DNA of 64,000 nucleotides, from NCBI RefSeq assembly GCF_006345805.1, contig NC_042999.1, positions 156,550,001-156,614,000 of the forward strand, written 5' to 3'. The position numbers were made by a program, and so were the translations under genes. Shown piece by piece: positions 53,783 to 64,000 of this stretch. The notes beneath the pieces were generated by a model. The model was given only the letters and a program-made list of their open reading frames with translations. It was not told the origin of the DNA and searched no databases. Every line of letters begins with the position of its first letter. The stretch's first letter is position 1. The stretch comes from Octopus sinensis (taxonomy: Eukaryota).

Positions 53783-54118
53783 ACTCTTCGAATATATACT
53801 TAAGAGGCGTCTGAAGACAATCAGAAAGTCAAAGATTCGAAATGTGTTATTTAATGCTATGACAATAGATATAATTATTAACAAAATCGTTATTGCTTTC
53901 TCTAATGGCCGTATTTCTGATTGGTTGACTTCAGATTCTATTCCAATATTTCATAGAATATGACGATGTCAGACATTTCTTTTTCTTTTTTCGTATGTTG
54001 ATTAAGAGAAGCAGGGTAACCTTCTAATAATGTTACATATAGATTATAGAAATTGAAATAATGCGAACAGAGAACTGTCTTCTATCAGAGCGCGTTAATC
54101 GGCATTTTATAGTTATAA

Positions 54119-54534
54119 GTATTTCTTTATTACCCACAAGGGGCTAAACATAGAAGGGACAAACAAGGACGGATAAATGGATTAAGTCGATTACATCGAC
54201 CCCAGTGCGTAACTGGTACTTAATTTATCGACCCCGAAAGGATGAAAGGCAAAGTCGACCTCGGCGGAATTTGAACTCACAACGTAACACAGACGAAATA
54301 CCGCTCGCCGCCTTCTGAGTGTACCGTGTGTCGACACAGGAACAGGGTACAACTGGCCCATGCAGTCTCTCAGTTGAGCGAGGTACCTTTAGACATCCGG
54401 GTCTGACTTCGTATTTCGAAGGAACTCTCCTGGCACTGTAAGACGGCGGAATTTGAACTCAGAACGTAACAGCAGACGAAATACGACTACGCATTTCGCC
54501 CGGCGTGCTAACGGTTCTGCCAGCTCGCCGCCTT
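54119..54534 (-). mobile_element. SINE family C pieces sandwiching a Gypsy integrase-region fragment (54314-54443)
   Basis: Insert is the reverse complement of 62439-62526 plus extra sequence encoding LTVPGEF. Confidence 0.85.
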
Positions 54535-55171
54535 ATTTTATATTTATAAGATCGATTACTTCTGGGACAACTTAGCTCGTTTTCTATCAATGAACAAAGG
54601 CAAACAAAAAATGCATGCAAAATAAATGTAGCTTTTGAGAAAAAAAGGAAAAAGAACATTCAAATGACTGCTGTGAAGGACATTTCAGCACCTGTAAATG
54701 TGTTCTGTATGAGTTTATCACGCAAAGGCATGGAGATAATCATCCCAGTCGTTTAACAATAGTATTTAATGTATTTTACATAATGACCATACATACAGTT
54801 GTCTGCGGTTATTTTGTGAATCGCTTCCTTACTTCTTGTAATAATTCTGTGTTCCATAAAAGAGTTTCCTATGCTGCTTTAACGACCACCCACAACAAAT
54901 TTATTAACAATACATCAGAACATTTGGAATTAAATGTATTCAAACTGCTTTGATGAGTGTTCTACAAAAGATGAAATTCATAATAGAAAGAAGTAATTAC
55001 TAATAGTAACTGGAAATATTATCAATACAGTTACGCCACCAGTTGTTCACAATTTAAATAGTATTTTTTATGTACAGGCCAACAAAGAAGCATTCACACA
55101 GTCTGGCTTGCAAAACTTGTAGCCAACTCTTTTTCAATTTTTGCTCAACCATCTTTAATCCAGTTAAATAT

Positions 55172-55538
55172 GGAAGCACTCCGTCGGTTCCGACGACGAG
55201 GGTTCCGGTTGATCCGATCAACGGAACAGCCTGCTCGTGAAATTAACGTGTAAGTGGCTGAGCACTCCACAGACACGTGTTCCCTTAACGTAGTTCTCTG
55301 GGATATTCAGCGTGACACAGAGAGTGACAAGGCCGGCCCTTTGAAATACAGGTACAACAGAAACAGGAAGTAAGAGTGAGAGAAAGTTGTGGTGAAAGAG
55401 TACAGCAGGGATCACCACCATCCCCTGCCGGAGCCTCGTGGAGCTTTAGGTGTTTTCGCTCAATAAACACTCACAACGCCCGGTCTGGGAATCGAAACCG
55501 CGAGTCCGCTGCACTAACCACTAGGCCATTGCGCCTCC
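55172..55538 (-). mobile_element. SINE family B, tail type 1
   Basis: TSD CCAGTTAAATAT. Confidence 0.88.
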
Positions 55539-55644
55539 ACACCAGTTAAATATACTGCATAAAGTAATCCTGAATGCATCTCAGAAAAGAAGGATGGTCA
55601 CAGCTTTAATGTCGGTCGCACTGTATAAGTTCATTATAGAAATA

Positions 55645-56070
55645 GGATCTTTTCGGTTTGAACGGCAGTTTTTAACATAATTTCTAGGTAACTAAAAAAT
55701 TTTAAACTTCGTATACTGGTAGAATGTGTTTATAAAACATCTTTTTCTCTTGCCTTTATTCAGAAAATTCTATAGTTTGTAAGATATTTGTTGTGTTTTT
55801 CTTCAATTTCTGCAATTTCAACCAATCAAATACGTCTATTGAGGTAAAACAACATTCTGTGCCGTATGAATATGTCCCTCGTTTAAGAAACAGATTGGGT
55901 TTATTTACATTTGTGAAGAAAAAAAGATAGCCTTCCCACCACCCTTAACCCTAACTAACCCTAACCCTAAAACAGATTGAAATGCAATAGATCGATACTA
56001 GGGTCATAATTATGGGTGACAATTTCAACGACACCGCTAGAAAAAACTGCCGTTCAAACCGAAAAGAACC
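55645..56070 (-). mobile_element. TTAGGG-containing TIR element, full copy, no flanking repeat seen
   Basis: Both TIRs; CCCTAA array near 55945-55970. Confidence 0.9.
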
Positions 56071-56513
56071 CAGGGTTGACATGGGGTTCACTGCTGGAAA
56101 GAAGATAAGCTTTCACCCTGGAATATTCCAGATAACCTAATTTTGTTAGTACCCATAGCGATAGCTTTGACTCTTATTGAGAGTTTTGTGGACCGTGTTG
56201 TTGTCAGTCTCTAAATGGTATAGACTCTTGCAGCTGGAGCCTTAGTATGATATAAAGACAGTTTATCCGTACAGTTGACACTGTTTCGTTTCCTTAAGGG
56301 CGAGCTTTGTTGGTGTGGGGTTATTGGGCACAAGTTTTTTTTTCCTCCAGCTTACTCTTCAGTTCTATTGCGTAGCTGGTAAGAAATGTAACCGTTGATT
56401 TGGTAAGTGATATTGTACATCCGTTGCTTGGAACCAAGTGACCCAAATTGCTTGAAGCCAGATTAAAGGAGTGGAAAAGCCTTGCAGATGGAGCTGTATA
56501 CGATTCATATATA

Positions 56514-56553
<40 letters not shown>

Positions 56554-56609
56554 GAAATATTAAAATAACTAAGTCTCTCTAAAAGAGAACAGCGGCAGCG
56601 TTCCCGGAA

Positions 56610-56783
56610 AATAATAGTTATCGCCATACTAATATGACTGACCTCCCTTGTTCGAAGGTTATATGGATACAGTTTGTGTATCAAATAGCTAACTTAAGGC
56701 GATGGCCTCATGGAGCTAATAAGCGGACAGCTTTTTTCTTATTTTTATAAGAATGCCATATTAGTATGGCGATAACTATTATT
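56610..56783. repeat. Short element bounded by a perfect 27-bp inverted repeat between TA tracts
   Basis: AATAATAGTTATCGCCATACTAATATG at 56610-56636 and its reverse complement at 56757-56783. Confidence 0.75.
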
Positions 56784-56784
56784 A

Positions 56785-56823
<39 letters not shown>

Positions 56824-56827
<4 letters not shown>

Positions 56828-57025
56828 TAATCCAAACATGAAAGCACAAAAAAACACAACAACGCGAGGACGTGGAACAAATATAGTATTATTGGACGCT
56901 CAGGAAAGAAGGAAAGCAGGAGGGTTTAACGTTTCGAGCGGAGCTCTTCGTCGGAAACATAGGCGAAGGAAAGATCCAGAGAAGGGAAGACAGAGGGAAA
57001 AATCGCCAACGGTACACACGCGGTC
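56824..57025 (-). mobile_element. PLE-type repeat family 4 inside (TA)n, HHR-like motif at 56924-56958
   Basis: Reverse complement of 36009-36215. Confidence 0.7.
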
Positions 57026-57103
<78 letters not shown>

Positions 57104-57334
57104 ATACGAACCGTAAACAGCTACAGCTGCAAAGCGCGTGGACATACACACACACGCACATACACATATGAAGGATATGGTATTGAGTCTGGAACCTCTT
57201 AACGGTAAGGTCACCCGAGTCAGTCGTGTGTGTGTGTTTGTATATATGCATGCATATGCGCACATATAATTGTCTAAAAATCCATGCATCAGAGAAAATA
57301 AACAGACATTTATGAGTGTGTATCTTATATGAGT

Positions 57335-57630
57335 GGAGGCGCAATGGTCCAGTGGTTAGGGCAGTGGACTCGCAGTCGTAGGATCACGGTTTCGATTCCC
57401 AGAGTGTTTATTGAGCGAAAACACCTAAATCTTCACACGGCTCCGGCAGGGGATGGTGGTGATCCCTGCTGTACTCTTTCACCACAACTTACTCTCACTC
57501 TTTCTTCTGTTGGCCTGCTCGCTTAGCCAGCGGGGTGGCGTCATTTGAAGGCTAAAACAATGTGAAACGCATTGTGACCAGCGATGTGTAGTAACATCTG
57601 ATGGCCTGGTCGGTCAAGTGATCAAGTGAT
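57335..57630 (+). mobile_element. SINE family B, tail type 2
   Basis: Matches 14778-15086; TSD ATCTTATAT. Confidence 0.85.
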
Positions 57631-57669
57631 CTTATATATAGAGAGATTATATTAATATAATATATAATA

Positions 57670-57700
57670 CTAGCAGAGATACCCGGCGTTGCCCGTGTTA
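57670..57700 (-). mobile_element. Isolated Helitron-like 3' end
   Basis: Minus strand CACGGGCAACGCCGGGTATCTCTGCTAG|T. Confidence 0.55.
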
Positions 57701-57967
57701 CATGCAATTGAAGAATTAGACTTTTCTGTTATATTTTCTTATTTCTGAGTTCAAATCCAAAAGCGGTCACCTTCGCCTTTCGGTGTTGAAAATCTCATGC
57801 ACCAAGATTGTGATCGATTCTTCTTCTCCATCTGAAAGAAACCAGGAACAAGGAGAGATGAGATATAGACTCCTCCAAGTTGGGTGGCTCGACCCGTGCC
57901 GTTTTTCACTACAGTGCTTCTATAATCCTATCAAGATTTGAGGGTTCAAAGAAGGAAGTGTGTGTGT

Positions 57968-58057
<90 letters not shown>

Positions 58058-58239
58058 ATGCGTGATATCTTATTTCTCAATTAATACGTAACTGCTCTGT
58101 GATGAAATCCAGTTGATGGTGTATACTTTTTAACAACATTTTGTCAGTAAGTTCGATTGTTTGGATTTGGCATTATAGAGCTCTTTCACCAAACTAACAG
58201 AGTTCTTTCGAATGGAGTTAGGTAAATACATACCGTGGT

Positions 58240-59491
<1,252 letters not shown>

Positions 59492-60047
59492 TACACACAC
59501 ACATATACACACACACACATACACACATACATACACACACAGAGAATTGCCACACACACACACACACACAGAATTACCCACTACTCCACTGCTTGGAAAG
59601 CTCAGCGGTTTCCGGTTTAATATTTGTATCAAATATGAGAAATATTAATTTAGCGATTATTCTGTAGAAAATCCCTTGCTTTTTGTATACAGGCTAATTC
59701 GCCGATAAACACTTCAGTGATGATAGCTTTTATATATTATTCTTTGCTATTTCAATATCTTTGTAATAAGCAGCTGCCTCCAGCCTATTAATAATATTTA
59801 GCAAAACAAGGAAATGCCTTCACACTCCCACACTTCACAGACAAAAACGAAATAAGTTGGGGTTGCTAGAAGGTACTATTAAATGGTTAGAAATATTTTA
59901 ACCCCCAAAAGCTGCTATTATTGTTATGATAGCCGATTTGAAGTGGTTCTGTTATAAGATGGTTAGTAGAATAGGAACTACTTTCATAAATTATATGACT
60001 TTTACTCAATGTACATTTGGTCATAAATGTATCCTCAAAAAATATAT

Positions 60048-60213
60048 ATTTCTTTACTGCCCACAAGGGGCTAAACATAGAGGGGACAAACAAGGACAGA
60101 CGAAGGGATTGAGTCGATTACATAGACCCCAGTGCGAAACTGGTACTTTATTTATCGACCCCGAAAGGATGAAAGGCAAAGTTGACCTCGGCGGAATTCG
60201 AACTCAGAACGTA
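60048..60213 (-). mobile_element. SINE family C, 5'-truncated
   Basis: Matches family C. Confidence 0.8.
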
Positions 60214-60264
60214 TAGTCAGCTGATAATACTGACACAGACACAAGGGCTCAGATTTGGGATGTG

Positions 60265-60680
60265 GGATCTTTTCGGTTTGAACGGCAGATTTTAACATAA
60301 TTTCTAGGTAACTAAAAAATTTTAAACTTCGTATACTGGTAGAATGTGTTTATAAAACATCTTTTTCTCTTGGCTTTATTCAGAAAATTCTATAGTTTGT
60401 AAGATATTTGTTGTTGTTTTTCTTCAATTTCTGCCATTTCAACCAATCAATGACGTGTATTGAGTTGAAAAACATTCTGTGCCGTATGAATATGTTCTTC
60501 GTTTAAGAAACAGATTAGGTTTATTTACATTTGTGAAGAAAAAAAGATACCCTCCCCCCACCCCTAACCCTAACCCTAAAACAGATTGAAATTCAATAGA
60601 TCGATACTAGGGTCATAATTATGGGTGACAATTTCATATGACACCGCTAGAAAAAACTGCCGTTCAAACCGAAAAGATCC
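60265..60680 (-). mobile_element. TTAGGG-containing TIR element abutting a truncated Gypsy 5' LTR
   Basis: Both TIRs; CCCTAA array near 60561-60579. Confidence 0.9.
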
Positions 60681-63141
60681 AAAATAACTGGTGACTTTAG
60701 CCCTGATGTACGTAAAGTAATAAACCTTTGATAAATGTATTCGTGGCTCCACTAGTTTGTTTGTGTATAGCTTAGCAAAGCTATGACTGTTGACCCCCGA
60801 CGATAGAACAACAGCTCTCACTATCGAAGCAAAAATGGCAAGCAACAAAACAACACTGAGGCTACCACAATTCTGGCCTAAGAGGGCTGAACTATGGTTC
60901 GCGCAGGCAGAAGCCCAAATCAATATAAACAAGGTAACAGCCACCCAAACGAAATATTTTTACGATGTAGCGGCACTAGATGAAGATATTGCATCGAGGG
61001 TGCTGGACATTGTAACCCAACTCCCACCAACGCACAAATATGCCATATTGAAAAACAGGCTAGTGGATACATTCTGACGCAGTGAACGAGAAGCAGCAGC
61101 CAAGATACTGGAGAAGGAATTAGGCGATTCTAAGCCCTCGGAACTGATGGACAATATGTTGGCATTAATTTCCCCTTCCCCAGGGAGTCAACTTCCTTTT
61201 TGTTTAGGGAAATCTTCCTCTGCAAGCTGCCACCCCAGGTCAAAGCTCGAAATCAAGGACTTACAGCAATTAGCGAAGGCAGCTGACAAACATTTTTTAT
61301 CCAGTGGTGTTATGCTCAACGCCATAGGGTCGGACCCGAAACGGGGTAGGGTTAAGCATGATGACCTGTGCTTCTCCCACGCAAAGATCGAGAAAAAGGA
61401 TACGAAGTGCAAACAACCATGTAGCTTCGGGACCCCTTCTCCATTTACCCAGGTGGCCGACAGATATGATCAAATGCTTCTCTATGTCCGCGGTTGGAGC
61501 TCTGAACGCAGGTTCCTAATCGACACAGGAGCAGAAGTCAGCGTGATCTCGCACTCTTTCTCTCAACATCGGCTCACAAAAATACACATAGGCATTCACC
61601 ATTGCAGATGTCCATCAGCCCATTATCAGTGCAGACTTTCTTCGAACACACTTGTTACTGGTTTATTTGCGGTGCAGACGACTCATCGACAACAACACAT
61701 ACGTTTCAGTGTCTCTGGCAACATTTGCGCATGTCGCCCCACCCTCGCATAGCAACTGTCTCGCAGATCAAGAACGAATTCTCGAATCTTCTTGCAAGTC
61801 GCCCCAATCTCACCACTCCGACATTCTTCAAACCTACAGCCTGCCACTGGATGACACACCACATTTCCACCACAGCTCTCCCCAGTGCACAGCCGCGCAC
61901 GCCGTGTATCACCAGACTAACTGGCATCTCAAAGGCCGAGTTCGACAATATGGAAGCATTGAGCATAGTTCGCCGATCAAGCAGTCTCTGGTCGTCACCC
62001 CTGCAGGTGGCCCCCAAATCCAACGGAGGTTATCGACCTTGCAGAGATTACCGCCGTCTCAACGCAGATACGACATCTGACCACTACCCCATTCTACCAT
62101 ATAGGATTTCTCAGCCCAGCTAGCCGGGTGCTCGTTTTCCCGAAAGTTGACCTCATCCGATGATACCCCAAATACCTAAAACCGCTGTGATCACTCCTTT
62201 AGGTCTGTACGAATTCATACGTACACCCTTTGGGCTGAAAAACGCAACGCAATCCTTCCAACGCTTGATGGACACCATGTACAGAGGTCTTTGCATACTT
62301 AGATGATATTTTGTCTTTGCATAACTTGATGATATCGTAATTGCAAGCTACAAAATGCGGAGCTACAAAATGCGGAGCTACAAAAAGTGACTCTTTTTGA
62401 TAGGCTGAAACAGTATAGTTTAGTAATCAACCCCGTCAACCCGGATGTCAAAAGGTACCTCGCTCAACTGAGAGACTGCGTGGCCAGTTGCACCCTGTTC
62501 CTGTGTCGACACACGGTACACCCAGATCATCTGTATCAAACGACCTCCGCACGGCTAACTTTGTGTTCGTTCGACGTGACACTCGACAAAAACCCCTCCA
62601 GTCACCGTACGATGGTCCATATCGAGTCATACAACCGGGAGATAAATCATTCCAACTCCTAATTGGCGGACGACACAGTCTCCATCGATAGGTTGAAACC
62701 GGTCCGTCTCGTTATTGACAACCCCGTTCAGGTAGTTCAACTACCAAACAGAGGCCGCCCTAGGCATATCACACCAACCCTTGTCAAGGAACAGTCACCA
62801 AAGAACCGAGTAACCACACGCATGGGCAGGGCAATTAAAACGGCTCCCCAGTTCCAATGACAATCAATAGTTCTGGGGGGTGGAGGAGCTATGTAGGGTA
62901 GGATTCATGACAGACGAACTGTAAACAGGAACATCGTTACGCGCTAGCTAGGGAGTTGGTCGGCAGCGAAGGGAACTTCCGTATGGAGAAGAGAAACAAA
63001 ACAATGTTAGCAGTGAGCGTTAAATAAATCTGAATTAAATAATTGGCGACTTAAGCCCTCTTGTACGTAGAGTAATAAACCTTTGATAAATATATTATCG
63101 TCTCCACTGGTTTGTTTGTGTATAGCTTAAAAAAGCTATAC
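60681..63141 (+). mobile_element. Decayed, internally deleted Ty3/Gypsy LTR retrotransposon
   Basis: 5' LTR remnant 60681-60784 matches ~63037-63139; PBS-like TGTTGACCCCCGACG; purine tract then TGTAG start of 3' LTR at 62892. Confidence 0.9.
60835..62860 (+). pseudogene. Gypsy gag-pol pseudogene
   Basis: gag LRLPQFW...LWFAQAEAQ; protease FLIDTGAEVSVI; RT SSSLWSSPL..RPCRDYRRLN, PFGLKNA, YLDDI; RNase H and integrase core missing; IN tail PLQSPYDGPYRV. Confidence 0.9.
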
Positions 63142-63778
63142 CCTAGTATACTAGGATATTTACAGATGACGCGAGATTTCCTAACGCGAAAAGGTTTTAC
63201 GCACAAGCATCACCCATTGTTTCTTATTTGGGCACCAAGCTAGGCAGGAACTTGTCGATTATATCAACCTCAGTACCTGACGAACTTTTATATTATCGGC
63301 TCCAGAATGAATGAAAGGCAAAGCAGATATCAGCGAAATTTGAACTCAAAAAGTAAAGAGTAGAAACGTATACCACGAAGCATTTTTTCAGACGCTCTAA
63401 CGATACTGCCAATCGTCCACTCTACATACATACATACATACATACATACTCTGATGTTGATGTTGAAATTCCAATGAAGGAGCCTTGGATTTACGTTAGA
63501 AACCGGCTCTTTCTCTATTGGCAAGAAATCTTGAAATAAAACTGTATAATGATATAAATACATGCATACATACATAAGAAATAGGCCACTCTACCAACCA
63601 AAATTACTCAGTCAAAATGTACAAATAATGCAAATATTAACAGCACAGTAATCTTTTTCCGCAAAAAGACTGTGAACAACCACGCGACCAAAACGAATAC
63701 AACAATGACAAACCGCCATCACTACTCGGACATGTGGCTACCACTTACGATTCTACAAAAAACGAGTGATGATTATAA

Positions 63779-64000
63779 GTGGCTGTGTGGTAAGTAGCTT
63801 GCTAACCAACCACATGGTTCCCGGTTCAGTCCCATTGCGTGGCATCTTGGGCAAAGTGTCTTCTGCTATAGCCCCGGGTCGACCAATGCCTTGTGAGTGG
63901 ATTTGGTAGACGGAAACTAAAAGAAGCCTGTCGTATATATGTATATATATATATGTGTGTGTGTGTGTTTGTGTGCCTGTGTTTGTCCCCCTAGCATTGC
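63779..64000 (+). mobile_element. SINE family A, cut by window end
   Basis: Matches 8130-8350. Confidence 0.85.

Noticed and set aside
35442-55421. Three near-identical ORFs (HHNFLSLLLPVSVVPVFQRAG...) suggesting a gene family
   Set aside because: They lie inside SINE family B copies that have TSDs.

Overview
AT-rich eukaryotic DNA dense in (TA)n/(CA)n microsatellites, most likely an octopus or other coleoid cephalopod intron/intergenic region (inferred from the SINE and microsatellite content). I found no intact host gene; most ORF-track entries are microsatellite or SINE read-through. Recognisable elements: at least four tRNA-derived SINE families, a decayed piggyBac bounded by TTAA, Helitron pieces (non-autonomous copies and a PIF1 helicase C-terminus), two decayed Penelope-like elements (PLE), and a deleted Ty3/Gypsy element. 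Two signals stand out. (1) A ~420-bp element with 29-bp terminal inverted repeats (TIRs) and internal TTAGGG repeats occurs 9 times (full or partial) between 39.9 and 60.7 kb. Three copies are flanked by long, variable direct duplications (37, 112 and ~91 bp), unlike ordinary DDE transposons. (2) There are eight hammerhead-ribozyme (HHR)-like motifs in four unrelated short repeat families, including one with a swapped G3-C8 core pair. Several long inverted repeats also enclose microsatellites. All coordinates were read by eye and element edges may be a few bp off.
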